Positions 1 to 10,527 of a DNA stretch of 64,000 nt are shown here, piece after piece. The translations under genes and the position numbers were made by a program. Every line of letters starts with the position of its first letter. The stretch's first letter is position 1. The notes beneath the pieces were generated by a model that saw only the letters and a program-made list of their open reading frames with translations, did no database searches and was not told the origin of the DNA. Origin of the DNA: Terriglobia bacterium (lineage in GTDB: Bacteria > Acidobacteriota > Terriglobia > 20CM-2-55-15); assembly GCA_965198225.1 (NCBI GenBank), contig CBDAOY010000006.1, forward strand, positions 704,001-768,000. Direction: 5' to 3'.

Positions 1-160
1 TTATTAAGCGGTCCTGGGAGCTCTACCAAATTTCGGTGGAGTTCGATGGCCAGACTGGAAACTCGACGAGTTGCCATTCCAGCTTCGCATGATCTGGTCG
101 CCCGATGTGGTGATTAAGTGATGCACCAGTGATACACTTCGGCCTGGATTGAGAATAACC

Positions 161-388
161 ATGCCGACGACGAAAAAGCGCATCAACATTACGATCGACG
201 ATGAAACCTATGCTGCGCTCGAGGAGCTCTCGAAGCGTCGATCCCGATCGATCTCCAGCGTCAGCCTCAGTTTGATCGAGCAGTCATTGGAACTCCAGGA
301 AGACAGCCACTTCTCGCGAATCGCTGATGAGCGCCTCGCCGAAAAGGAGGAACGGATCCCTCACGAGAAGGCCTGGAGTGACCTATAG
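161..388 (+). CDS. Ribbon-helix-helix (CopG-like) antitoxin
   Basis: 75 aa; N-terminal RINITID strand then helices; acidic C-terminus ending HEKAW; overlaps downstream RelE-like gene. Confidence 0.75.
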   Translation: MPTTKKRINITIDDETYAALEELSKRRSRSISSVSLSLIEQSLELQEDSHFSRIADERLAEKEERIPHEKAWSDL

Positions 389-638
389 AGTTGAGTATCT
401 CGAGAGCGTCGTGCGGCAAGACATCCCCGGGCTGTCGAGAGCTGCCCGGGGGCGAATCAAGAGAGCCATCGAAGGGAAGCTCGCCACCCGCCCAGTCGAA
501 TTCGGAAAGCCTTTCCGACACAGTCTGAAAGGTGCTCGGGCGCTCCGGGTTGGGGACTACCGTGTCATCTATCGCCTGGAACCCCCTTCGACCGTTGTGG
601 TCCTGAAGATCGGGCACAGAAGAGACGTCTACCGTTGA
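378..638 (+). CDS. RelE/ParE family type II toxin
   Basis: From GTG 378: YRVEY...GKPFRHSLKGARALRVGDYRVIY...VLKIGHRRDVY, typical RelE motifs. Confidence 0.88.
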   Translation: MTYRVEYLESVVRQDIPGLSRAARGRIKRAIEGKLATRPVEFGKPFRHSLKGARALRVGDYRVIYRLEPPSTVVVLKIGHRRDVYR

Positions 639-752
639 CATCACACTGAATCCTCGGCCGAAGGCGATTCATGGAAGTTCGAGATTCGAAATTCGAGATC
701 TCACATCGGGCGGAACCTGTGCCCACTCGTTTGGGCACCGACGCTCATTCCT

Positions 753-1106
753 TCACACCGCGACAAACAGCAGGTAGGCGGCGACAACCGATCCGGCGAG
801 AGCCCCGCCATAGGTGCCGACCACGATCACCTCGTTCAGATGCTTGATCTGTGCGCCGTCGTACAGCGTGTAGCGAAATCGGTGGGCCCAGTGAAATAGC
901 GACAGAACGCAGAGGACGAGCAGGTAGAGACGCGTTACGGGAGATTGGAGCAGGCCGAGGAGGCTCTCATAGCTGGGAGGTTCGATCCAGCCCAGGGGAA
1001 AAGCCAGTCCGAAGAGGAACACGTGGACGGGTAGCAGGAAAGCGGCCGTGACTCCTCCCGCGCTGAATAGCGCCCAGAAGAAAGCAACGTATGATCTCTT
1101 CCCCAT
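753..1106 (-). CDS. frdD: Fumarate reductase membrane anchor subunit D
   Basis: FWALFSAGG and FHWAHRFR motifs, 3 TM helices, last gene of the operon. Confidence 0.85.
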   Translation of the reverse strand: MGKRSYVAFFWALFSAGGVTAAFLLPVHVFLFGLAFPLGWIEPPSYESLLGLLQSPVTRLYLLVLCVLSLFHWAHRFRYTLYDGAQIKHLNEVIVVGTYGGALAGSVVAAYLLFVAV

Positions 1107-1107
1107 T

Positions 1108-1524
1108 CTAGCCTCTCAGGATGAACCAGGCGACGACGCCCGAGATCACGAGCCAAGCCACGTAGTTTGGCGCGATGACCAGAAAGTCGGGAACACGTTT
1201 GCCGCCCAATCGAAGGACGATCGCGCGGGGCGTGAGGTTGAACCAGGTGATGGTGTGCAGGAGCAGAAAGAGAAATGTGACAACATTCAGAAGAACGACG
1301 ACGGGATGCGTCATGAACTCCTGAAACGCCGCGTACGCCGCGGGACCCTGGCCCAATGCTTGAACCTGCATCAGGGTAATCACGATGAAGGAGGCCACGA
1401 ACACGCTGCTCAGTTCCCGCAGGATGAACTTCGTGTAAGACCACTGTGAAAGCCACCAGTAAGTCGATACACGCGTGCGGTACCACTTCGGTCGAAACTC
1501 CCGGTATGCAGGGTTGCGCGTCAT
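1108..1524 (-). CDS. frdC: Fumarate reductase membrane anchor subunit C
   Basis: Start ATG 1524 overlaps frdB stop; [15 protein letters not shown] and [12 protein letters not shown] motifs. Confidence 0.85.
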   Translation of the reverse strand: MTRNPAYREFRPKWYRTRVSTYWWLSQWSYTKFILRELSSVFVASFIVITLMQVQALGQGPAAYAAFQEFMTHPVVVLLNVVTFLFLLLHTITWFNLTPRAIVLRLGGKRVPDFLVIAPNYVAWLVISGVVAWFILRG

Positions 1525-2264
1525 TCCGCTCCCCGCGGCATGATGAAGGATTTGAACCAGTCCGTGGTCGCGGTCACCTTGTACTGTTGGATGGCTCCGG
1601 CCGGATCGACATTCTTCGGGCAAACCTTGGTGCACTCGCCGACGAAAGTGCAGCCCCAGACGCCTTCGTGGTCCGACAGCACTCCGAGGCGCTCCCGGGA
1701 GCCCTGGTCCCGTGAATCCATGTTGTAACGCTGAGCCAGGGCGATCGCAGCCGGCCCTGTGAAAGCCGAATCCAGTCCGTAGACCGGACAAGCCGCGTAG
1801 CACAGCATGCAGTTGATGCACATGCTGAACTGTTTGTATTGGTCCAGTTCCTCCGGGCTCTGCAGGTACTCTCCCTCCGAGAGAGGCTTTTCCTCTTCCC
1901 GGACGATCCACGGCTTGACGCTCTTGAGTTTTTCCATGAAATCCGTCATCTCGACTGTGAGATCGCGGACGATCGGGAAGTAACGCAGCGGCTCGATGCG
2001 GATAGGGCCTGGAGCGTAGTCGGAAACGAAGGTCGCACACGTCAGCTTGGGCTCCCCGTTTACCATCATGCCGCAACTGCCGCAGATTCCCATCCGACAG
2101 GACCATCGATACGACAGCGACCCGTCCACGTTGTCCTTGATGTAGTTGAGGGCGTCGAGGAGCACCCACTCATCGGTGAACGGCACCTCGTACTCTTGAA
2201 TCGTCGGTTCCGTTTCCTGCTCGGGCCGGTAACGTGTGACCTGAAGAACGACCTTCTCTGTCAT
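1521..2264 (-). CDS. frdB: Fumarate reductase iron-sulfur subunit
   Basis: [22 protein letters not shown] and [12 protein letters not shown] cluster motifs. Confidence 0.93.
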   Translation of the reverse strand: MTEKVVLQVTRYRPEQETEPTIQEYEVPFTDEWVLLDALNYIKDNVDGSLSYRWSCRMGICGSCGMMVNGEPKLTCATFVSDYAPGPIRIEPLRYFPIVRDLTVEMTDFMEKLKSVKPWIVREEEKPLSEGEYLQSPEELDQYKQFSMCINCMLCYAACPVYGLDSAFTGPAAIALAQRYNMDSRDQGSRERLGVLSDHEGVWGCTFVGECTKVCPKNVDPAGAIQQYKVTATTDWFKSFIMPRGAE

Positions 2265-2270
2265 GTGCGC

Positions 2271-4013
2271 CTACTTTCCATAGACTCGTTCCCCCGGCGG
2301 CCAACGCGTGATCGTGACCGGAAGGTACTCGATTCGGGAAGAGCCATCTTCATTGCGGTGTATGAGCGAATGCGCCAGGAAATTGTCGTCGTCCCGGCTC
2401 GGGAAATCGATCCTCTGATGAGCTCCACGGGATTCGGTCCGCTTCAAACCGCACTGCACGATCGAAGCGGCCACGTCGAGCATGTAAGCAAGCTCGAGTG
2501 CTGAAGTCAATTCGGTATTGAAGGTCCGGCTATCGTCTTCGATGAGGATGTTTCGGAATCGATCCTGGAGTTCGTGGATCTTCTCTGTAGATTTCTGGAG
2601 CGACTGGCCGTTTCTGTAAATGCCCGCACCCTCCTCCATGGTGGCCTGCATCTCGTTCCGTATCGTCGCGATTCGTTCGCTGCCGCCCGTCTTCCGCAGA
2701 TACTGCTCTTCCAGGCGCCGACGTTCGTCGTTGGCCTGAGCCATGACGTGATTCGATGGCTCCTGCTGATCCGACGCGAATAACGCGGCCGCTTTCCCGG
2801 CGCGAGCTCCGAAAACAAGCAGCTCGGGCAGGGAATTCGATCCGAGGCGATTCGCTCCATTGATGCTGACGCACGCGACCTCGCCGGCGGCGAACAAGCC
2901 CGCGATCGGCGTTGCCCCGTCGTTGTCCGTGTGAACGCCTCCCATGACGTAATGAACGACAGGTCGGACGGGAACCAACTCGCGGACGGGATCGATGTTC
3001 TGGTACTTGAGGCAGAGCTCCCGGACGAACGGGATTCTGGCGTTGACCTTCTTTTCTCCCAGATGCCGCAGATCGAGGTTCACGACGTGACCGTGCGGGC
3101 CTTCGATCGTGCGTCCCCTTTCCTGTTCCTTGACGAAAGCCTGGGACAGCCGGTCGCGGGGACCGAGTTCCATCGAGCGCAGCACGGGTTCGGATTCGGG
3201 TTTGCCCAGGTCGTAATCCTGCAGGTAACGGTATCCGTCCTTATTGACCAGGTATCCGCCCTCAGCCCTCGCGGCTTCCGTGATCAGGATTCCGGTGAAA
3301 GGAAGACCGGTCGGGTGGTATTGAACGAACTCCATGTCCTTCAAAGGCGCACCGGCCCAGAAGGCCAACGCCATTCCGTCGCCGTTCTTGATGTTGGCGT
3401 TCGTGGTGAACGGAAACACCTTGCCGCAGCCGCCCGTGCAGAGGATGACCGATTTCGCGGTGATCGCCTGGATTTTTCCGGACATGAGTTCCAGGGCCAC
3501 CACTCCCTGCACTCGCCCGTCGTCGACGAGCAATTTGGTGACGAACCACTCGTCATAGCGGACGATGGGATCGTACTTGAGCGATGTCTGGAACAGGGTG
3601 TGGAGCATGTGAAAGCCGGTCTTGTCCGCGGCGAACCACGTCCGCTTTTTCTTCATGCCGCCAAACGGTCGTACCGCAACGCGTCCGTCCGGGGTCCGGC
3701 TCCAGGGACAGCCCCAGTGCTCCATCTGAAGCAGCTCCTTGGGAGCCTCGTCGACAAACAGTTCGACCGCATCCTGGTCGCACAGCCAATCGCCTCCGGA
3801 AACAGTGTCGTAGGCGTGCTCGTCGAGGCTGTCGTCGGGGGCTACGGCGCCTGCGGCACCACCCTCGGCCGAGACCGTGTGGCTCCGCATCGGGTAGACT
3901 TTCGAGACTACGGCAACGCTGAGTTTGGGGTCGAATTCCGCCACAGCGATCGCCGCGCGGAGACCGGCACCGCCACCGCCAACCAGAAGAACATCGTGAG
4001 AAGAGACGTCCAC
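2271..4013 (-). CDS. frdA: Fumarate reductase flavoprotein subunit
   Basis: GGGGAG FAD motif, [31 protein letters not shown]; start probably GTG 4013 or 4019. Confidence 0.93.
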   Translation of the reverse strand: MDVSSHDVLLVGGGGAGLRAAIAVAEFDPKLSVAVVSKVYPMRSHTVSAEGGAAGAVAPDDSLDEHAYDTVSGGDWLCDQDAVELFVDEAPKELLQMEHWGCPWSRTPDGRVAVRPFGGMKKKRTWFAADKTGFHMLHTLFQTSLKYDPIVRYDEWFVTKLLVDDGRVQGVVALELMSGKIQAITAKSVILCTGGCGKVFPFTTNANIKNGDGMALAFWAGAPLKDMEFVQYHPTGLPFTGILITEAARAEGGYLVNKDGYRYLQDYDLGKPESEPVLRSMELGPRDRLSQAFVKEQERGRTIEGPHGHVVNLDLRHLGEKKVNARIPFVRELCLKYQNIDPVRELVPVRPVVHYVMGGVHTDNDGATPIAGLFAAGEVACVSINGANRLGSNSLPELLVFGARAGKAAALFASDQQEPSNHVMAQANDERRRLEEQYLRKTGGSERIATIRNEMQATMEEGAGIYRNGQSLQKSTEKIHELQDRFRNILIEDDSRTFNTELTSALELAYMLDVAASIVQCGLKRTESRGAHQRIDFPSRDDDNFLAHSLIHRNEDGSSRIEYLPVTITRWPPGERVYGK

Positions 4014-4133
4014 TACCACCCCGAAAAGTGCCTTTAGGCGAAGATTTCGACGAAAAGCCGTCGAGAATTTACACGTTGATGATCGCGCTGTCAAGGAGGC
4101 GCGAGACGGACCCCCCGGTTTGCGCAGGGCCTT

Positions 4134-4892
4134 TCATCCAGTCTCGGGGCGGGAGAGAATAGTCGCCACTACATGGTCGCGGTTCATCCGAGCGACCCAC
4201 TCGAGGGAGATCTCCTTCGGGCAGGCGGCCTCGCATTCGCCGGTGTTCGTGCAGGCTCCGAACATCTCGTCGTCCATCGCCGTTACCATGTTCAGCACGC
4301 GCTCGTGGCGTTCGGGCTGTCCCTGCGGCAACAGCCCGAGGTGGGCCACTTTCGCCGCGGTGAACAGCGTTGCCGAGGCATTGGGACAGGCCGCCACGCA
4401 GGCGCCGCAACCGATGCAGGACGCGGCGTCCATCGCCATCTCGGCCGTCTCTTTCGCAATCGGTATGGCGTTGGCTTCCGGAGCACTGCCCGTCGAAACC
4501 GAAATGTAGCCGCCGGCCTCGACGATCCTGTCCAACGTTCGACGATCGACCACCAGGTCTTTGATGATCGGGAAAGCGCGGGCCCGCCAGGGCTCGATCG
4601 TGATCGTGTCGCCGTCGGCGAACAGTCGCATGTGCAGCTGGCAGGTCGTCGTCGCGGGTGACGGCCCGTGTGGATGCCCGTTGATCACCACTCCACACGT
4701 CCCGCAGATTCCCTCCCGGCAGTCGTGGTCGAAAGCGATCGGATCCTCTCCCTTGAGGATCAGGTCCTCGTTGACGACATCCAGCATTTCCAGGAACGAC
4801 ATGTCCGGGCTGACGTCCGCGGCCCTGTAAGTCTGGAAGCGTCCACGATCCCGTGCGTCCTTTTGCCGCCACACACGGAGTGTGAGATTCAC
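4134..4892 (-). CDS. sdhB: Succinate dehydrogenase/fumarate reductase Fe-S subunit (three-subunit type)
   Basis: [34 protein letters not shown]. Confidence 0.92.
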   Translation of the reverse strand: MNLTLRVWRQKDARDRGRFQTYRAADVSPDMSFLEMLDVVNEDLILKGEDPIAFDHDCREGICGTCGVVINGHPHGPSPATTTCQLHMRLFADGDTITIEPWRARAFPIIKDLVVDRRTLDRIVEAGGYISVSTGSAPEANAIPIAKETAEMAMDAASCIGCGACVAACPNASATLFTAAKVAHLGLLPQGQPERHERVLNMVTAMDDEMFGACTNTGECEAACPKEISLEWVARMNRDHVVATILSRPETG

Positions 4893-6805
4893 TACCTGTA
4901 GCTCCTTTGTGTCGGAGTGACGAATTCGAACATGAGGGGCTCCTTGTGCTGCATCGGAGTCACGTCCTCGCCCTGGTACTCCCAGGCTGCCACGTAGGAG
5001 AAGTCTTCGTCATCGCGCAGGGCTTCGCCGTCAGGAGTCTGGTGCTCGACCCGGAAATGGGAGCCGCACGACTCGTCTCGTTCCAGCGCATCCCGGCACA
5101 TCAGTTCGGCCAGTTCGAGGAAGTCGGCTACCCGGCCCGCTTTTTCCAGCGAAGGGTTCAGCTCTTCGTTGGTGCCGACAACCCGGACGTCCTCCCAGAA
5201 TTCCTGTCGCAGCGCCGGTATCTTATCGAGCGCGTCTCTCAGACTCTGTCTGTCGCGGGACATCCCGCAGGAATCCCACATGAGCTTCCCGAGTTTGCGA
5301 TGAAATTCGTCGACGGTCCGTTTCCCCTCGATCGCAAGCAGTTTCCGGGTCCGCTCTCCCACTCCGCGCTCCACGCGCTTGAACTCTTCGTGGTCCGGGG
5401 GCACCGAGTCTCGGGCGGAGCCCGCCAGGTAGTGGCCGATCGTGTAGGGAATGATGAAGTAGCCATCTGCCAGACCCTGCATCAGGGCGCTGGCCCCGAG
5501 CCTGTTGGCGCCATGATCCGAGAAGTTCGCCTCTCCGAGGACGAACAGACCGGGTATGGTGCTCATCAGGTTGTAGTCCACCCAGAGCCCGCCCATCACG
5601 TAGTGTACGGCCGGGAAGATGCGCATCGGCACCCGGTAGGGATCTTCGTCCGTGATGCGGCTGTACATGTCGAAGAGGTTTCCGTAGCGCTCGCGGATCG
5701 TCGTGTCGCCGAGGCGTTCGATCGCGGCCGCAAAGTCGAGATAGACTCCCAACCCGGTCGGGCCGACTCCGCGGCCCTCGTCGCAGATGGCTTTGGCGGC
5801 CCGGGAAGCGACATCACGCGGGACGAGGTTTCCAAAGCTCGGGTACCTGCGTTCCAGGTAGTAGTCGCGTTCGGCTTCGGGAATGTCCTTCGGGCGTCTC
5901 CGGTCCCCCTTCTCCTGCGGGACCCATATTCGGCCGTCATTGCGCAGCGACTCGCTCATCAGGGTCAGCTTCGACTGGTGCTCACCGGACACGGGAATGC
6001 AAGTTGGATGGATCTGGGTAAAGGACGGATTGGCCAGCGCGGCGCCGCGCTTGTAGGCACGCCAGATGGCTGGGGTATTGCATCCTTTCGCGTTCGTCGA
6101 GAGATAGTAGACGTTTCCGTACCCCCCCGTGCACAGGGCCACGGCGTCCGCAGCGTGGGATTGGATTTCACCGGTGACCATATCCCGGGTGACGATACCG
6201 CGGGCGTGGCCGTCGACGACGACGAGATCCAGCATCTCGGCTCGGGAGTTCATGACGACCCGACCGGCTGCAATCTGACGGGACAGGGCCTGGTAGGCGC
6301 CCAGCAGCAGCTGCTGACCCGTCTGGCCCCTGGCATAGAAGGTCCGGGAGACCTGCGCCCCTCCGAAAGAGCGGTTTGCCAGCACGCCGCCATACTCGCG
6401 CGCAAAGGGCACGCCCTGCGCGACGCACTGGTCGATGATGTTCCGGCTGATCTGAGCCAGGCGATAGACGTTTGCTTCACGCGATCTGTAATCCCCACCC
6501 TTGATTGTGTCGTAGAAAAGCCGAAATACGCTGTCACCGTCGTTCTGGTAATTCTTGGCGGCGTTGATACCCCCCTGAGCTGCGATGCTGTGGGCGCGAC
6601 GTGGACTGTCCTGATAGCAGAAACACTGGATGTTGTAGCCCAGTTCCGCCAGGGACGCAGCCGCCGAAGCTCCGGCCAGACCCGAGCCGACGACGATCAC
6701 GTTGTACTTTCGCTTGTTAGCGGGGTTGACCAGCTTCAGCCGTGATCGACGGCTGTCCCACTTTCTCTCGATCGGGCCGGACGGGGAGTTTGCACGAAGG
6801 TTCAT
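4892..6805 (-). CDS. sdhA: Succinate dehydrogenase/fumarate reductase flavoprotein
   Basis: [35 protein letters not shown]. Confidence 0.93.
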   Translation of the reverse strand: MNLRANSPSGPIERKWDSRRSRLKLVNPANKRKYNVIVVGSGLAGASAAASLAELGYNIQCFCYQDSPRRAHSIAAQGGINAAKNYQNDGDSVFRLFYDTIKGGDYRSREANVYRLAQISRNIIDQCVAQGVPFAREYGGVLANRSFGGAQVSRTFYARGQTGQQLLLGAYQALSRQIAAGRVVMNSRAEMLDLVVVDGHARGIVTRDMVTGEIQSHAADAVALCTGGYGNVYYLSTNAKGCNTPAIWRAYKRGAALANPSFTQIHPTCIPVSGEHQSKLTLMSESLRNDGRIWVPQEKGDRRRPKDIPEAERDYYLERRYPSFGNLVPRDVASRAAKAICDEGRGVGPTGLGVYLDFAAAIERLGDTTIRERYGNLFDMYSRITDEDPYRVPMRIFPAVHYVMGGLWVDYNLMSTIPGLFVLGEANFSDHGANRLGASALMQGLADGYFIIPYTIGHYLAGSARDSVPPDHEEFKRVERGVGERTRKLLAIEGKRTVDEFHRKLGKLMWDSCGMSRDRQSLRDALDKIPALRQEFWEDVRVVGTNEELNPSLEKAGRVADFLELAELMCRDALERDESCGSHFRVEHQTPDGEALRDDEDFSYVAAWEYQGEDVTPMQHKEPLMFEFVTPTQRSYR

Positions 6806-7471
6806 TTAGCTGACGACTCCCATCAGTACGGCTAGAGGGATTGAAACGTAGCCCGCGACGATCAGGGAGCTGAGGATCAAGGCGCTGCGCTGAATCATTA
6901 GCTCATACTTCGGGTGATTCAGACCGACAGACTGGAACATGCTCCAGACGCCGTGCGCGATGTGGAGCCCCAGGCTCGAGACCGCCACGATGTAGAACAG
7001 TGCGACGGGCCATTGCTGGAATCCGCTCACGACGTTCGCGTACACGGCTTCGGCACGGAAATCCGGTTGCGACGGATGGACGGTTCCCAACGTCAAGTGC
7101 AGCAGGTGGTATATGACGAACAGACCGATTATCGGTCCGCTCCAGACCATCGTGCGGGAAGCGTAGCTGGCCTCCTCGTACTTGTGGAGTCGGTAGCCGA
7201 TCGGCCGCGCAGAGCGATTCCGAATAGCCAACTGCGTCGCAGCAAAGATATGCAGACCGAGGGCCGCGAGCAAGATGACTCGGGTGGTCCAGAGCACTTC
7301 CGGCTTTTCCTTCAGGAATCTGGCGTAGGAGTCCAGCACTTCCGGACCCGCGAATATCTGGAGGTTCCCGATGAGATGGCCGATGATGAACCCGAAAAGG
7401 ATCACGCCGGACACGGCCATGACGATCTTCTTGCCGACCGACGAGCTGTAAGGGCGCAGCATCCAGTGCAT
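6806..7471 (-). CDS. sdhC: Succinate dehydrogenase cytochrome b subunit (5 TM, di-heme type)
   Basis: SSVGKKIVMAVSG; conserved His in GHLIGN, LHI, YHLLH, LHIAHG. Confidence 0.9.
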   Translation of the reverse strand: MHWMLRPYSSSVGKKIVMAVSGVILFGFIIGHLIGNLQIFAGPEVLDSYARFLKEKPEVLWTTRVILLAALGLHIFAATQLAIRNRSARPIGYRLHKYEEASYASRTMVWSGPIIGLFVIYHLLHLTLGTVHPSQPDFRAEAVYANVVSGFQQWPVALFYIVAVSSLGLHIAHGVWSMFQSVGLNHPKYELMIQRSALILSSLIVAGYVSIPLAVLMGVVS

Positions 7472-7476
7472 CGTGC

Positions 7477-7977
7477 CTATTCCAGGAAGGAGGGCGATGT
7501 GTCTTCGGCGGTGGGTTCGAGATCGTGCTCCACAATGGTCCGAGCGCACGCATTCCAGCGCAGCACGGCGTCGTCGTTACCCGACGGCCGAATCTGTTCG
7601 GACTTCTCATACCAGTCCATGGCCTGTCGAAGCCAGTCGTAAGCGACGTAACCGGACCCTTCCGAGCCCTGCTTCAGGTGAGCCCTGCCGCGCCTCTCAT
7701 AGATGATGCCCGTGTAGTAGGTCCTCTGGTAGGGGTCTTGAAGCCGGGGCAGCAACTCTCGAGCCCGAGTGTAGGTGGCTCGTTCCATGTGCGTGAACTC
7801 ATCCGTAAGCGCGAGGATGAGTACGACGATCGCTTCCTGGTCGTCGGGATCGATACGCAGAATGTCGAGGCAGATACTCTCCGCCTGCTCGGGCTCGTTC
7901 AGGAGTCGGTAGTTCTTCGCGCGTTCGAGTGCGCGGGGAATGGTCTCGGAGGAGAGCGGCTTGAATTGGAACTCCAT
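7477..7977 (-). CDS. Hypothetical helical (TPR-like) protein
   Basis: RLLNEPEQAESICLDIL...LRWNACAR; 5 bp upstream of sdhC, coding-like composition. Confidence 0.7.
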   Translation of the reverse strand: MEFQFKPLSSETIPRALERAKNYRLLNEPEQAESICLDILRIDPDDQEAIVVLILALTDEFTHMERATYTRARELLPRLQDPYQRTYYTGIIYERRGRAHLKQGSEGSGYVAYDWLRQAMDWYEKSEQIRPSGNDDAVLRWNACARTIVEHDLEPTAEDTSPSFLE

Positions 7978-8076
7978 GATCTCTGCCAACACGCATTTCA
8001 CACGCGGCGCGTGGGGTTTGTCAACAAACCATGTGAGGGGGGCGCTGTAAGGCGCTGTCCCAACAGTAATCCCCCC

Positions 8077-8277
8077 GGATTTGCAAATTGAGATGACAAA
8101 TCGAGCAATTTCGAATCTCCAGCTTCCCGTATTTGAACAATCCACATTGCCAGTTGCTCATTGGAAATTGGTTCATTTCAGATCTTTCCTGCTCGAAGCC
8201 CGGACCGATGACAAATCGAGCAATTTCGAATCTCCAGCTTCCCGATGCGGATTTGTCCACTAACCAATTTGCGATAC
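8077..8277. repeat. AT-rich intergenic repeat element, family A
   Basis: Shares gttgctcattggaaattg.ttcatttcagat...gagcaattt..aatctcca...gcggatttgtcca...caatttgcgata with 17376, 17687 and (inverted) 45830-45975. Confidence 0.8.
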
Positions 8278-8391
8278 ATTCATCTTGCTCTCCCCTCTTA
8301 CTTGTCACTCGTCACTTGTCACCTCTTTCTAGCTGGCCACTGACAACTGACCAGTTCTCTATTACTATTTACTGCTTCCGGGCACACGCGT

Positions 8392-10359
8392 ATGAACAAG
8401 CTGCGAATCGGTATCGACACGGGCGGAACCTTTACGGACTTCGTCCTCATCCGTGACGGACGGATCGAGATCTTCAAAGAGCTGTCCACGCCGGAGCATC
8501 CCGATCGGGCCATCCTGACCGGTGTCGAGCGCGCGGACGCCACGACGCTTGGCGAGATCATCCATGGATCGACGGTGGCGACCAACGCGCTGCTCGAGCG
8601 GAAGGGCGCCCGCACCGCCCTGGTGACGACCGCCGGTTTTGAAGACGTTCTCGTCATCGGTCGGCAGACCCGTCGGGAACTCTACGATATCTTCACGACC
8701 CGGCCCGAACCCCTGGTTGACAACGACCTGCGAATCGGTGTGGGAGAACGCACGCTGCATGACGGATCGATCGAGAAAGCTCTCGATCCCCGGGAGTTGG
8801 AGAAGCTTTGTGGATTTCTGCGCTCGGCAGGCGTGGAGTCGATCGCCGTGTCGCTGCTCTACTCCTTCGCGAACCCGCAACACGAGAAGCAGATCGGCGC
8901 CGTGCTCGGGAGCCTCGGCGTACCCCTCTCGCTCTCGTCTGAAATCCTGCCGGAGTACCGGGAATACGAGAGGACTTCGACGACTTCCATCAATGCCTAT
9001 CTGGCGCCGGTGATGAGCCGGTACCTCGGTCGTCTGGAGTCCAGCCTTTCCGTTCCGCTGCGCGTAATGCAGTCCAACGGGGGTGCCGTGAAGGCGCGCA
9101 CGTCGATGGCCGCACCCGTTAAAACCATACTGTCGGGACCGGCCGGCGGCGTGGTCGGCGCTTTCCTTCTCGCCCAGGAGAGCGGCTATCCCAGGATCGT
9201 CACGTTCGACATGGGAGGAACGTCGACCGACGTGGCCCTCTGTGACGGCGAAGTCCGCGTGACGCACGAGAGCCAAGTCGACGGCTTGCCCATCGGGATT
9301 CCCATGATGGACATCCACACGGTCGGCGCGGGAGGTGGTTCCATCGCCGAGGTCGACGCCGGAGGCGCGCTGCGCGTCGGGCCGGAAAGCGCAGGCGCAG
9401 ATCCCGGCCCGATCTGCTACGGGACGGGCGACGCCCTGACGGTCACCGATGCCAACGTGATCCTCGGACGTCTGTTGCCCAGGTTCTTTCTGGGTGGAAC
9501 GATGGCTCTTCGAGCAGAGCGGGTACCAGAGGCTGTCGGACGCCTGGGCTGGGCAAGCGCATGGCGAAGTGGGGAGGATCTGGCCCAGGGTGTCATCGAT
9601 GTCGTCAACAACAACATGGAACAAGCCATCCGGCTGATTTCCGTGGAGCGGGGACACGATCCTCGAGATTTCACGCTCATGTGCTTCGGAGGCGCCGGAG
9701 CGCTGCATGCGGCAACGCTGGCCCGGGGACTCGGAATTCCGCGTATTGTCGTGCCCCCCCATCCCGGCGCCCTTTCGGCTCTCGGACTGCTGCTGGCCGA
9801 CGCGAGGAAGGACTATTCCCAGACGCTGCTTGGAACGGCGACTCTCTCCCAGTCGAAGATCAAGAAGAGTCTCCGAGAATTGCATCGTGTCGGTATCGCC
9901 GAGTTGCGGGCGGAAGGGTTTAAGCGGGGGGACATCACGATCGTAGACGCCGTGGATGTCCGCTACCGGGGGCAGTCTTACGAACTGACCATACCCTTGT
10001 CGAAGGAATGGCGGGCAGGGTTCCATCAGATGCACGAACGGCGTTATGGGTACGCCAACCCGGACAGCCCCGTCGAAGTCGTCAGCGCGCGGACGACCCT
10101 GTTCGGGAGAACGGACAAGCCGGCGATCCAGAAGGCAAAACGCAAGGCACGCAAGGTGAAGCCCGTCGAAGTTCGACGCGTCTGGTTTGGCGACGGCTGG
10201 GCGAAGACAGGCGTGTATGACAGAGGGTTCCTGCGCTACGGCCACGTCGTTCCGGGCCCGGCAATCGTCGGAGAATACAGTTCGACCACCCTCGTACCGC
10301 CGGACTACCGGTGTGAGGTGGATCGGTTTGGAAACCTGGTGCTGACGAGGAAGAAGTGA
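8392..10359 (+). CDS. Hydantoinase/oxoprolinase subunit A
   Basis: GIDTGGTFTD, SGPAGG, DMGGTSTDV, GAGGGS, SAGADPGP. Confidence 0.93.
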   Translation: MNKLRIGIDTGGTFTDFVLIRDGRIEIFKELSTPEHPDRAILTGVERADATTLGEIIHGSTVATNALLERKGARTALVTTAGFEDVLVIGRQTRRELYDIFTTRPEPLVDNDLRIGVGERTLHDGSIEKALDPRELEKLCGFLRSAGVESIAVSLLYSFANPQHEKQIGAVLGSLGVPLSLSSEILPEYREYERTSTTSINAYLAPVMSRYLGRLESSLSVPLRVMQSNGGAVKARTSMAAPVKTILSGPAGGVVGAFLLAQESGYPRIVTFDMGGTSTDVALCDGEVRVTHESQVDGLPIGIPMMDIHTVGAGGGSIAEVDAGGALRVGPESAGADPGPICYGTGDALTVTDANVILGRLLPRFFLGGTMALRAERVPEAVGRLGWASAWRSGEDLAQGVIDVVNNNMEQAIRLISVERGHDPRDFTLMCFGGAGALHAATLARGLGIPRIVVPPHPGALSALGLLLADARKDYSQTLLGTATLSQSKIKKSLRELHRVGIAELRAEGFKRGDITIVDAVDVRYRGQSYELTIPLSKEWRAGFHQMHERRYGYANPDSPVEVVSARTTLFGRTDKPAIQKAKRKARKVKPVEVRRVWFGDGWAKTGVYDRGFLRYGHVVPGPAIVGEYSSTTLVPPDYRCEVDRFGNLVLTRKK

Positions 10360-10394
10360 TCTAGATGCGGTCTATGACGTGTCCAAACAGAGGT

Positions 10395-10417
10395 GTAGGT
10401 GCGGTCTATGACCGCAC
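10395..10417 (+). repeat. GTAG-type REP palindrome
   Basis: GTAG GTGCGGTC TAT GACCGCAC. Confidence 0.8.
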
Positions 10418-10438
10418 ATTCTTCGAACAGAAAAAACG

Positions 10439-10505
10439 TTTCTGCTTAGTCAACACCCGGGGACAGGGCCAGGCCCCTGTCCCCCTCACAGTGGCTCTCT
10501 CGCGG
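10439..10505. repeat. GGGGACAGGG...CCCTGTCCCC hairpin repeat, family B
   Basis: Near-identical ~67 bp copy at 46061-46127; shorter copies at 17299, 17596 and 17906. Confidence 0.8.
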
Positions 10506-10527
10506 GCCGTTTCGGGAAACTAAAGCC

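Noticed and set aside
116-139. TA operator AAGTG...CACTT
   Set aside because: Imperfect palindrome; plausible but too weak to call
2931-10245. Long antisense ORFs (e.g. 2931-4037, 4907-6745, 8365-10245)
   Set aside because: Shadows of well-supported genes, expected with high-GC codon usage
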